From contig CBDCKW010000009.1 in NCBI GenBank assembly GCA_965218435.1, positions 1,408,001-1,472,000 of the forward strand: DNA of 64,000 nt. Direction: 5' to 3'. Source of the stretch: Truepera sp. (lineage in GTDB: Bacteria; Deinococcota; Deinococci; Deinococcales; Trueperaceae). Shown here piece after piece: positions 40,624 through 50,179 of the stretch (position 1 is the first letter of the stretch; each line of letters starts with the position of its first letter). Below the pieces are notes generated by a model. The model was given only the letters and a program-made list of their open reading frames with translations, was not told the DNA's origin and did no database searches. The translations under genes were made by a program, and so were the position numbers.

Positions 40624-43437
40624 GTGCCGCCTTCTGTTCTGCCGCTTTCTCCTGAGGCCGAAGCTCACCGGTTAGCCACGCTGCGCCGTTACGGGGTCCT
40701 AGGGTCTTCCCCTAGCAAAACCTTCGACCGGCTGGCGCAGCTGGCCGCCGGTAGCTTAGGGGTGGCGGGCGCAGCGATCAGCTTTGTCGGTGAGCAGCGG
40801 GTTTTTTACAAAGCTTTTTACTACCGAGCTTTGCACGGTCAAGCTCTATACAGTCAAGCTTTATACAGTCAAGCTTTATACAGTGCTGCCGGTCAACCGA
40901 GCCGCCGTTCATTTCCGCGTGGTCAAACACTTTGCGCGGCGGCGGCTTTCGCGAAAACGCCCTTTGTGTTGGAAGATGTAGGCGCAACTGAAGCAGCGAA
41001 ATACCGGAACCTCGCATTTGTTCAGCAAAACGGGGTACATTTTTACGCCGGGGTGCCGCTGACGGCTCCTGACGGTGCGGTGCTCGGGACGCTGAGCGTC
41101 TTTGACGCTGTACCCCATACCCCCAAACCGGGTCAGCTCGAGCTTTTAGAAACCCTCGCGCAAACGGTGCTGGAACTGCTCGAGCAGCAGCGTGAAGCTT
41201 TAGCCCGCGCCGAGGCGGTCAAGACCAAAACGCATCTGGGCGAACTGCTCGAGCACGCCCCTTACTACGCCTTTACCGTCTCCGCTGACGGGCGTCTGGA
41301 CTACCTTAACGATACCCTCAAACGGGCGCTGGGTTACCCTTCACCTCCTGAACACTACCGCACGCTCTACGCCGAAAATGCTCAAGACGTGGTGAGAGCC
41401 GCCTTTCATGAAGCCCTCGAGCAAGGGCGAGCTGAGCTCTCTACGACGCTGCAAACAAGGAGTGGCGCACTGATTCCGGTTTCGCAGACGCTAACATGTT
41501 TGGTGCGGGCTGAGGGTGAGGCGGGTTTAGCGGTCGTAGCCTACGACACCTCGGCGCAGCAGCAGCGCGACGCCCTCGAGCAAAAACGCGCTGAGGTGCT
41601 CGAGCTTACCGCCCGCGGCGCACCGCTCCCGGCGGTGCTGCTCGAGCTGCTCAAGCTTTTAGAAACGTCGTGCCGGGGGCTCATCGGCGCGGTGTTTCTC
41701 GTCCATCAAGGGACATTACAGCTCGAGGTCGCGCCGCAACTACCGAGCGCCTTTGCACATATCGTCCGTGAGCTGCCCCTTAGCGCGGTGGCGGCAGCGC
41801 CGGGGGCCGCGGTGCTACGAGGCCAACGGGTCCTCAGCAGCGATATTCGGCGTGACCCGCTCTGGCACCATCAACGCTACTACGCCCTCCAAAACGGGCT
41901 GCAAGCGTGTTGGGCCGAGCCCATTTTAAGCGACCAAAATGAAGGTCTCGGGACCTTTGTGCTTTACGCGAACGAGCCGAAAACGCCGACCGAGACCGAG
42001 GGGCGGCTGTTACGTGAAACCGCCCAGCTAGCCGCCATCGCCGTTTCACGGCAGAAGCTTTACGCGCAGCTCGAGCACCAAGCGCACTACGACGCGCTGA
42101 CCGGCCTGCCCAACCGTAGACTCCTCAGCGAGCATTTAGGGCGCGCCGTGCGGCAGGCCCAAGCTCAACCTGAGCAAGGGGGTGTCGGCGTCTTTTTGCT
42201 CGACCTCGACGACTTTAAGCGGGTCAACGATGCACTTGGTCACGCAGCGGGTGACGCGCTGCTCAGCGCCGTTGCCGGACGACTGCAGACGCATTTGCAA
42301 ACGCAGCTGCCGCCGCGGACCACGCTGGCGCGGAGCGGCGGCGACGAGTTCGTCTTGACCGTGCCCTTAGCCTATCAGGGTGACGCGGCCCGCTTCGCTT
42401 TCGAGCTCGAGCGTACGTTTGCCGCTCCCTTTAGGCTGGGCGAGCGCACGCTCCAAGTCGGGGCCAGCATCGGGGTCAGCCGCTTTCCCGAAGATGCGAA
42501 TACCCCGCAGGCGCTGCTGCAAGCGGCCGACACCGCTATGTACGCCGCTAAAGCCGACCGCCGCGCCGGGTCGGGGCAGAGTTACAGGCTCTACCGGAGT
42601 GAGATGACCGAGCAGCTCGAGGCGCAGCTCAGGCTCGAGGCGGAGCTTAAACGAGGACTCGCACAAGATGAGTTCTGCCTTTTTGTTCAACCTCGTTTCG
42701 ACCTTAAACGGCAGCAGGTGGTGGCCTCCGAAGTGCTCATACGTTGGGCACATCCCCAAAAGGGTTTGCTCTTGCCCGGAGCCTTTTTGGAGGGTGCGCA
42801 GCAAGCCGGACTGTTGCCGCAACTCGACGCGTGGGTGTTGCACCAGGTCACGCGCTACTTAAGCGAAGGCGCAGCGGCCGGTAAACCGGTGCAGCTCTCT
42901 TGCAACGTGTCGGCGGTAAGTTTTCAAGACGCGACCTTTTTGCGTGAGTTAGAGGCGGCTTTAGGCGAAGACCCGGAAGTTTCCAAAGGGCTCGAGCTCG
43001 AGATTACCGAAAGCTTGCTGATGCAAAACTTAGACAGCGTGGCAGCTCGGCTCACCGACCTCAAGGGGCGGTTTCCGGGTATCCGCGTGGCGATTGATGA
43101 CTTTGGCAGCGGCTATTCGTCACTCGCCTACTTGCGTTACCTCCCTATTGATACGCTCAAGATAGACCGGGCGTTCGTCCGTGACCTCGACCATCAGGGC
43201 GGCACCCTCCAAAGGACCGCCCTGGCGGTGATTCGCACCGTGATCGCCCTCGGTCACGACCTCGGCTTTCGGGTCGTCGCCGAGGGCGCTGAGTCTGAAG
43301 GTCAACTTGGGATGCTGACCGCGCTCGGCGCTGACGAAGTGCAGGGTTTTGCTATCGGCAAACCGCAACCGCTGACGCCGTGGTTACATACGGGTGGTTC
43401 CGCTGAGGCGTCGGCGTCCCCAGGTGACCTGTCATAG
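40624..43437 (+). CDS. GAF-PAS-GAF-GGDEF-EAL c-di-GMP signalling protein
   Basis: FYAGVPL, DALTGLPNR, GGDEF, EVLIRW, IDDFGSGYSSL. Confidence 0.92.
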   Translation: MPPSVLPLSPEAEAHRLATLRRYGVLGSSPSKTFDRLAQLAAGSLGVAGAAISFVGEQRVFYKAFYYRALHGQALYSQALYSQALYSAAGQPSRRSFPRGQTLCAAAAFAKTPFVLEDVGATEAAKYRNLAFVQQNGVHFYAGVPLTAPDGAVLGTLSVFDAVPHTPKPGQLELLETLAQTVLELLEQQREALARAEAVKTKTHLGELLEHAPYYAFTVSADGRLDYLNDTLKRALGYPSPPEHYRTLYAENAQDVVRAAFHEALEQGRAELSTTLQTRSGALIPVSQTLTCLVRAEGEAGLAVVAYDTSAQQQRDALEQKRAEVLELTARGAPLPAVLLELLKLLETSCRGLIGAVFLVHQGTLQLEVAPQLPSAFAHIVRELPLSAVAAAPGAAVLRGQRVLSSDIRRDPLWHHQRYYALQNGLQACWAEPILSDQNEGLGTFVLYANEPKTPTETEGRLLRETAQLAAIAVSRQKLYAQLEHQAHYDALTGLPNRRLLSEHLGRAVRQAQAQPEQGGVGVFLLDLDDFKRVNDALGHAAGDALLSAVAGRLQTHLQTQLPPRTTLARSGGDEFVLTVPLAYQGDAARFAFELERTFAAPFRLGERTLQVGASIGVSRFPEDANTPQALLQAADTAMYAAKADRRAGSGQSYRLYRSEMTEQLEAQLRLEAELKRGLAQDEFCLFVQPRFDLKRQQVVASEVLIRWAHPQKGLLLPGAFLEGAQQAGLLPQLDAWVLHQVTRYLSEGAAAGKPVQLSCNVSAVSFQDATFLRELEAALGEDPEVSKGLELEITESLLMQNLDSVAARLTDLKGRFPGIRVAIDDFGSGYSSLAYLRYLPIDTLKIDRAFVRDLDHQGGTLQRTALAVIRTVIALGHDLGFRVVAEGAESEGQLGMLTALGADEVQGFAIGKPQPLTPWLHTGGSAEASASPGDLS
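40810..40884 (+). repeat. In-frame 15-bp tandem repeat in the first GAF domain
   Basis: CAAGCTYTATACAGT x3 (QALYS) preceded by two degenerate units. Confidence 0.9.
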
Positions 43438-43550
43438 GTTGTAGCCGGTATCGTCCAGGTAGCAACGTCCGCTTGGCTTTTACCGACCGGCACGCATATT
43501 CTGTGATACCTGTAGCGTAGTAGCCTTGCCCAGAAATGGCAACAGCTGTG

Positions 43551-44546
43551 CTACCAGTCTCGGGTCACGTCCTCGAGCGCCTTTTCACTGACTTTGGCGT
43601 AGATTGTCGTGGTGGCGATGTTTTTATGCCGCAGATGGGTTTGGGTCCGCCTGAGGTCGCCGGTTTCTTCGTACATCCGGGTTCCCGATTGGTGCCGGAG
43701 AGGATGGAGTGCGCGGTAGTCAACCCCGGCGGCGGCGCAGAGCGCCCGGAGCCGCTGGCGCAGACGTTCGTCGCCGTAGGGGAGAACCTTGCCCGCTCTC
43801 GTTTTACCTTTGCGCCGCACCGTCGTATCGGTTTTGAGCACCTCGAGCGCGGTGACGAGACTTTGAGACAAAGCCACGCTGTCCACGTAGCCACCTTTAC
43901 CCCGAACCTGGAGCCGCTTTGTTTTAAGGTCAACCGTGCGCCACTCGAGCCCTGCCGCTTCATGAGCACGTAACCCGGCGTGGGCGCAGAGCAGGAGTGC
44001 TGCGGTGTCAGCCGGGTCAGTAGCAACGTTGAGAAGCGCCCCCAGGTCGGCCTGCGGATAAGGCTGAACTTTTTCCCACGCCGGGACGGGATCGTGAACG
44101 CCTTTAACTGAGGCAAACGGGGTTGCGTCGGTGGCCCCGGCCCAGTGCAGCGCCCGGTAGAGTACACGGGCCGCGGCCAGCGTTTTGTTGACGGTCGAGG
44201 GCGAGCGGTAACGGGGTGGGCCGTCGGTACCGGTATTAAAAGGTGTTTCTTTAAGCCACGCTCGGTAGCGGCTCCCCATGCGGCGGCTGGGGCGCAAAAG
44301 GTTTTCGTGAACGTTGGCCGTGACAAAAAGTCCGACGCCGTGGCGGTACGCCTTAAAGGTCAGGCGGCTTAAGTTGCCCTTGTCGGTGGTGTCCTCGAGG
44401 TACGCCTGCGTCAACACCCAGAGCGCAGCGGCGTCCCGGTCGCCGGCGGCTTGCAAGGCAAAACGGCGGAGGGCCTCGTCGTCTAAACGGCGGGTAAGGC
44501 TGACTTGCTCGAGCTCACCCGTGGGTGTGTAGGGCGTCAGAGTCAT
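43551..44546 (-). CDS. Tyrosine recombinase (XerC/D-like)
   Basis: GLRAHE, GKGG, HPLRH, LRH..TTTIY catalytic set; TACACT 5 nt before the ATG. Confidence 0.92.
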   Translation of the reverse strand: MTLTPYTPTGELEQVSLTRRLDDEALRRFALQAAGDRDAAALWVLTQAYLEDTTDKGNLSRLTFKAYRHGVGLFVTANVHENLLRPSRRMGSRYRAWLKETPFNTGTDGPPRYRSPSTVNKTLAAARVLYRALHWAGATDATPFASVKGVHDPVPAWEKVQPYPQADLGALLNVATDPADTAALLLCAHAGLRAHEAAGLEWRTVDLKTKRLQVRGKGGYVDSVALSQSLVTALEVLKTDTTVRRKGKTRAGKVLPYGDERLRQRLRALCAAAGVDYRALHPLRHQSGTRMYEETGDLRRTQTHLRHKNIATTTIYAKVSEKALEDVTRDW

Positions 44547-44641
44547 GCTGTAGTGTAACCGCTAAATACATAATAAGATTGTAGTGAGAATGTTCGTTCT
44601 CCAAAATAGGATAGGTTTGTATAGAGTCTTTTAATCATGAA

Positions 44642-45370
44642 TTATTGCTCCCAACTAACCTCAGGAATAGTTAGCGTGATTCCCGCTACACCAAATGGTT
44701 GAGAAACCGGGCCTTCAATCTTCTGTTCATAGACCGAAAGACTCATCACTCGTTGCCCAGTTTTGTCACTCAGAAAAATATCTACAGGGAGCTTGAGCCT
44801 GTAAAGCACTGTTCCAGTCACGCTGTGTTGGAAATAGAAGTATATATTTGTCCGTCCTAGCTTTTGAATTTCTATGAGGTTGATTACTTTTTCTTTAATT
44901 TCACCTGGGGCAATGATGAAGTTTGGAATGTCAGGCACGAGCGGCCCAGGACGGTCTGGATAATCGGGACCCCAGTAGTGGGGCTGCGAGTCAAAAATAA
45001 CGGCTTGACGGAGCAAAATAAAGCCCTGACTCATGTTGGCAAAGTGGAACTTATATGTGGGCTGCTGTTTTGGTGTTTCAAACAATTCAGTGTTTTCCAG
45101 AAGGATTTGGAAGTAAGGTTTTCGTACCTTGTCCTCCAAATCATCTCTACGCTGCTGAATACGCCTTGAAAAATAGACTGACCAGAACGCCGCAAACGCA
45201 GCAGCCATAGTTCCTAAGGCTGTAATAGTTTCAAACCACTGTGAACCGATACTGAGCGAAACAGTGACCGATAAACCGAATAGGATACCGAAAGCAAAGA
45301 CTGGAATAGACCATCCATACTTTTGCGCCCAGTCGGACGCCCGCTCAAGTCCTGCGCGCCACCCCTTCAC
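44642..45370 (-). CDS. Low-GC membrane-anchored hypothetical protein
   Basis: Two N-terminal hydrophobic helices, a short charged helix, then a beta-rich domain. Confidence 0.7.
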   Translation of the reverse strand: MKGWRAGLERASDWAQKYGWSIPVFAFGILFGLSVTVSLSIGSQWFETITALGTMAAAFAAFWSVYFSRRIQQRRDDLEDKVRKPYFQILLENTELFETPKQQPTYKFHFANMSQGFILLRQAVIFDSQPHYWGPDYPDRPGPLVPDIPNFIIAPGEIKEKVINLIEIQKLGRTNIYFYFQHSVTGTVLYRLKLPVDIFLSDKTGQRVMSLSVYEQKIEGPVSQPFGVAGITLTIPEVSWEQ

Positions 45371-45387
45371 GCTTCCACCACCCGGCC

Positions 45388-45585
45388 TCAGTCTTCCTTG
45401 TCAGCGTGGCGAACGTCCAGCACAGTTTCTAGGTCGAACCGTGGTGCGCTGAAATATACAGGAGTAACGGGCTCAGGCTGTTGGTTTGGAGATAAAGTCC
45501 GAGATAAAAGACTTTCAAATTCAAGTGGTTCTATCTCTAGTTCCTTAGAGCGTGAACCATTCAGAGCGACTTCTAAAGGCGGCAT
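45388..45585 (-). CDS. 65-aa hypothetical protein
   Basis: TAGAAT 5 nt before the ATG, matching the window's leaderless pattern. Confidence 0.45.
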   Translation of the reverse strand: MPPLEVALNGSRSKELEIEPLEFESLLSRTLSPNQQPEPVTPVYFSAPRFDLETVLDVRHADKED

Positions 45586-46325
45586 GGGGGATTCTATACC
45601 GATCAGCTATAGCTAAATAAGCTATAGCTAGATAGAGGTCGAATCAATAAAAGTGTCGCGGCAAAGCGAAGAGCTATTCTCCAAAATAAACGCTCGTTCA
45701 CCCCTGTCTTACGCCGTAGCCTGAGCCTGATGAACTCGCCCCTCGGCGCAAGTAGTGACGCAAATAGTGCTTTACAGTACCTCTCAAACCTGGTGTGTTT
45801 TGGCGGTGGGGCTGGGTTTCGCTTCTTAGCGTGTAGTAGGTCGAGTCACATCCTCTGATACGGACTTGGCCGACTAGCGCCAGCTCTTGGCAGATACTGT
45901 ACATTTGCCCCGGAGTCAGACTGTTCGTCCTAGAAAACTCGATAAAGCTCCCATGCCAAAATGAGTGGTCTTGATGAGACTCGATGTGAACGTATAGGTT
46001 ATTTGGTTCCATGAGGCAGCATAGTCTGCGGTAGTTGCGACCCCTTTGCGACCTTTTTGCGATTTTTTGCGGTCAGCTTGCTGAGGCAGGTTGCGGCAAA
46101 CATGTGGACATGCAGTAGGATTTTAGCGAACACCTTGGCGTCTGGTCCGCTGGATTGCGGTTCTCGCAAAAGCCAGGACGACTCTTTCATTCGTTCTGAG
46201 CTTCCATAGCTGTTCTTCATAGGTGCGATAAGGCACACGCAGCTTTACAAAGCTCGAGGATGCTTGTAAGAGGATGCTTGTAAATTGACGTCACCTCAGT
46301 GCAGCTGCTCGATCCCCTCTCACTT

Positions 46326-47190
46326 TCAAGGTTTGACACTCACTTTAGCCACAATCACCCCGATGGTTGTACCCAAGCTGTCTTTACAGACGAAGATACG
46401 TTTTTGCTTAACACATGGGTCAGTTGACGCCGGTACGCCGTCAAGCTCTGGAAATGCCCCCGGCCCACCTACGGTATAACTTCCAAGGCTTGGTGTACTA
46501 ACCAACATGTATAAACCCTGATGACCTTGCACTATGTTTACCCCCGGTCGTTGAGCAAGGATGACCTCGATACCCCAATTTGCAGTCATGTGAAACGACC
46601 TGGGGATTAGTTTGGTGGTTACTTTGTACGAAAAACGCGGCACAGCAGCGAGCGCACCTGTCAAGGTAGAGTAAACTTCCTGTCCGGTGGCGTGCATCAT
46701 GCTTAGCGTGTGGTCATACGAGACTTTGAGGCCGAGTGCTTGCAGCACAGGTTTGGCAGAGACGTAAAGGGTATTGCCCAGGGCTTTGTTACGGTAAAGA
46801 TACGTCGGCTTAAACCCCGTCTTGATAGGTTTACCTCTGTACAAGGCTGTAGCGTCGTTGGGCGTATAGATGACGCGCTCTTCTGTTTCGTGATATGTCG
46901 GCCACGAGAGATAGATTGTACCGTCTTTAGCTCGGTCTATTTTTGCGTTAAAGATATCGGCACAAACCTTTAGGGGTATAACCAGCTCGCCATCAGCTCG
47001 AGTGAAAGGTCCATCAGGGCCGGTAAAAAAGATGTAGAGATCGTTTAGCTTAAACAGGCTTCGCTTCAGCTGGTGCTTGGCTAAGACAGCATTGGAAACC
47101 GGGGGCAGCTTTATAAACGTCTGAGCTGGCAAAGACCGAACTGCTAAGTAAGGTAACCAGCGCGGCTAGTTTGATAACTCTGAGCAACAA
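46326..47190 (-). pseudogene. Frameshifted secreted protein with a copper-amine-oxidase N-terminal (stalk)-like domain
   Basis: RBS plus TTG 47190 gives signal peptide LLRVIKLAALVTLLSSSVFA, with a stop at 47050. Another frame continues PF..GELVIPL..LYVSAKPVLQALGLKVSYD. Confidence 0.6.
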
Positions 47191-47392
47191 GTACCTCACT
47201 CCTCTAGGGCCGAGCACATGGTCGCCCTCTACCCTATCACTGCAACTTGCAGTCTGTCTCTCAGTGACCGAGCCTATTTAGCTCTTGGCCTCGCAACGAG
47301 CCAGGACGTCTATACTGCCGAGCGTGCCCGGGCTAATGAGTTATTTGACCTCGAGACGATAGGGATTGACTGAGGTAGCGTTATATACGATT

Positions 47393-47437
47393 AAATGAAA
47401 TATTTCACAACACCCTAGCATGTGAAATATTTATTTC
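47393..47437 (-). repeat. 45-bp dispersed element, copy 4 (inverted)
   Basis: Minus strand: GAAATAAATAT-TTCACAT-GCTAGGGTG-TTGTGAA-ATATTTCATTT. Confidence 0.75.
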
Positions 47438-47636
47438 CTCGAGGGTCTAGAGACAGCTGTATGAGCCGCAAGCAGGCTGTTAAGAATGGAGATATTTGAT
47501 GTTAAATAACGTTTTGAAAGTGAGCTTGCGGCTGGTGGTTCGCCTGTGACACAACGACTGGTTGCTCCGTTGGTGTTAGAAGCAAAACGGGCGCACAAGG
47601 TTTATAAAACAACTTACTTATGGAAACAGCAAGGCG

Positions 47637-49013
47637 TCACTCGGTACCCTGCTCGGCGTGCGTAACGTGGGCGTCCTCACCCTTAAAACCGGTAAGCTCG
47701 AGCCCTACCGCACCCTCCGCCGCGACAGCCTTGCCGTAGTAGGCCGGACGGTTTTCGCCCCAAACCACTTCGCAGTTTCGCAGTGTGACGTTCTTAGCGT
47801 GATGGACGGTAAAGCCGTTGGTCGGCAGCTCCGGCATCCCGTCCCCCTCGTCACGTGGACGCAGGTCTTGCCTCGAGCCGTTCCACTTACTGGTCTTATT
47901 TAGTTCGATACGGACATTCTCGAGCACAATATCGTCAATCCACCCCGGCTTTTCGGCGTAGATCATCACGCCGTTCTCACTTTTAGCTAAGACGTTAAAG
48001 ATACGGACACGGCGAATCCGACCCGAGCCGTCTCGTTTGCGCCACGGGGTGCTGTTAAGGTAGATCGGTTCACCCCGCCCCCACCAAGCTTCGTAAAAGA
48101 TGCGCGTTTCAACGATCATATTTGAGAAAATGACGTTCTCAACGTCGCCGGGTTCGCCTACGTGAATACACAGGCCCCTATGCGAACTGCGCACAGTACA
48201 AGCGTCAAAAATGACGTTGCGAATGGGACTGCAAATTTCGTTACCGAGTTTGAGGGCGCTCGAGGTGCTCATGAGCGTACAACCGGTGACGGTAATGTCC
48301 TCGCACGCCCCGTAAACTTGCGTCGCCCGGTTGGTTTTAAGGCAAATGGCGTCGTCACCCGACACGATGTCGCAGTCGCTGACGCGTACGCGGCGACAGT
48401 TTACCAGGTCGATAGCGTCGTTGTTCGGCAGTTTGAGGTCGTTACGGATACGGACGCCGTGAATCACCACATCTTCACAGCCGGTTAGCCGCAGCGTCCA
48501 GAAGGCCCCGTCTTTAATGATGACGTCTTTGATGGTCAGTCCGACGCTGCCGATGAGGTGCAAGGTGTAAGGCCGCGCCAGATATTGCGGTTCGTCGCCA
48601 TTGTCCCGCATTTTATAGATATAGGTCTGGTCTTCAGCGACGAACGCCCGCCCGTTCCCATCTAAGGTGCCGCCGCCCGTAATCGCCGCGTCGTGCGCCC
48701 TAAATGAGGTGATCCAGGCGCGTTTGGGTAGTTCGGTCTCGTCGAAGAGACCGTCCGTTACGGCGTCACTAAAGTGTTCGCGGGTGTAATCGGCGTAGTT
48801 GGGGCTGGCGAGGAGCGTCGCGCCGCGCTCCAGGTACAGTTCTACCCGCGCTTTTAGAACAAACGAGCCCGTCATAAAAACCTGTCCGGCAGGGACGAGC
48901 ACCGTGCCGCCGCCCGCTTCATAACAGGTATCAATGGCGCGTTGCAGCGCGGCCGCGTCGTTTGTGACACCGTTCCCGTCGGCACCGAAGTCGTTGAGAT
49001 GGTAGGGCATCAT
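47637..49013 (-). CDS. GH28-like beta-helix glycoside hydrolase, no signal peptide
   Basis: FGADGNG..QRAID, NNDAID, GDDAICLK. Confidence 0.85.
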   Translation of the reverse strand: MMPYHLNDFGADGNGVTNDAAALQRAIDTCYEAGGGTVLVPAGQVFMTGSFVLKARVELYLERGATLLASPNYADYTREHFSDAVTDGLFDETELPKRAWITSFRAHDAAITGGGTLDGNGRAFVAEDQTYIYKMRDNGDEPQYLARPYTLHLIGSVGLTIKDVIIKDGAFWTLRLTGCEDVVIHGVRIRNDLKLPNNDAIDLVNCRRVRVSDCDIVSGDDAICLKTNRATQVYGACEDITVTGCTLMSTSSALKLGNEICSPIRNVIFDACTVRSSHRGLCIHVGEPGDVENVIFSNMIVETRIFYEAWWGRGEPIYLNSTPWRKRDGSGRIRRVRIFNVLAKSENGVMIYAEKPGWIDDIVLENVRIELNKTSKWNGSRQDLRPRDEGDGMPELPTNGFTVHHAKNVTLRNCEVVWGENRPAYYGKAVAAEGAVGLELTGFKGEDAHVTHAEQGTE

Positions 49014-49159
49014 AAATCTCCTTTAGAACCTAGCTCGCTGATAGGCCGCCGTATATGGACTCTTCCAAAACCGGCGGGCAGTGTAGCTACACGCCGTAGC
49101 AACATGAAACCGCAGGCGTCCTCCGTAAAACGCTGAGGCTCGAGTTCGGGTCGCTCTTT

Positions 49160-50179
49160 TTACGACTCGAGCACTACGCGCTCACTCCTGCGGGCACTTT
49201 CGGTAGCGCCGAAGACCATCGCCAGCGACTTGAGGTTGTCCTTCGCTTCGGTCGCGGGCCTGGTACCGTCCCGTAAAAAAGCCAGCAACTCGCGCAGCGC
49301 CCCGTGCTGCTGCGTGTACTTAACGGTCACGGCGGGTAGCCCTAAGTCTCTCAGCGGCCGCTGAAAGCCTTCGTCCCCGGCAACGACTTGAGCTTGCGGC
49401 GGCGCGTCACGCTCGTACAAAATGCTCCCCCGCTCGCCCACAAAACGCCAGTCGCCGTTCCAACTCGTCGGCTGACCTTCGGCGCACCAACTCCCCTGAT
49501 AACTAAAGACGACGCCGCCCGTCAGCTCGAAGATGCAGCTCGCCGCCGCGTCGCCTCGGTACCACGAGCCCTGCGGGTTAAACCCTTTGGCGTAAACGGC
49601 AAGCGGGTCTGCACGAGTAAAAAAACGGGCCAGGTCAAAGTGGTGAATCGCCATGTCTAAGAGCAGCGGGTTCGTCATCTCATTGCGGAAGCCGCCGAAG
49701 TGTGCGCCCAGGTAAAAGGCGCAGTTGAGCGCCGTCACCCTTCCCACCGCGTTATTTTCTAAAGCTTGACGGATTTGTACGTGCAGGGCGTCCCAGCGGC
49801 GGTTCTGACTGACCATAAAGAGTTTGCCGGTCTGTTCGGAGAGCTCGAGCAACCCCCTAGCCTCGGCCATAGACGCCGCCAGCGGTTTTTCACTGAGGAC
49901 GTGACAACCGGCCTTTAACGCAGTCGTAACGACCTGCGCCCTCGCTTCGGGCACGGTCAGGTCCAAAACAAAGTCGGGCGACTCGGCAGCTAAGACCGCC
50001 GCTAAGTCCGTACTCGCTTTTGCTCCTAAACCAAACTCATCAATCCGGCGCTGGGCGGCTTCTCTTTGCAAGTCCACGACCGCAATCACGTCAACCTCTT
50101 CAGCTTTGACACCCGGCAGCCACGCCCCGGCGATGCCCCCGGCTCCGACGATGACAACTCGGGGACGGCCTTTAACCAC
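49160..50179 (-). CDS. Gfo/Idh/MocA oxidoreductase
   Basis: VGAGGIA, EKP, SQNRR, DMAIHHFD. Confidence 0.9.
   Translation of the reverse strand: MVKGRPRVVIVGAGGIAGAWLPGVKAEEVDVIAVVDLQREAAQRRIDEFGLGAKASTDLAAVLAAESPDFVLDLTVPEARAQVVTTALKAGCHVLSEKPLAASMAEARGLLELSEQTGKLFMVSQNRRWDALHVQIRQALENNAVGRVTALNCAFYLGAHFGGFRNEMTNPLLLDMAIHHFDLARFFTRADPLAVYAKGFNPQGSWYRGDAAASCIFELTGGVVFSYQGSWCAEGQPTSWNGDWRFVGERGSILYERDAPPQAQVVAGDEGFQRPLRDLGLPAVTVKYTQQHGALRELLAFLRDGTRPATEAKDNLKSLAMVFGATESARRSERVVLES

Noticed and set aside
45698..46238. Two short minus-strand ORFs in the islet
   Set aside because: No recognisable domain or clear start signal; they may be decayed sequence.
47497..47507. TGATGTTAAAT, a 10/11 match to the XerD arm of dif
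   Set aside because: There is no convincing partner arm, so chance in AT-rich DNA is likely.
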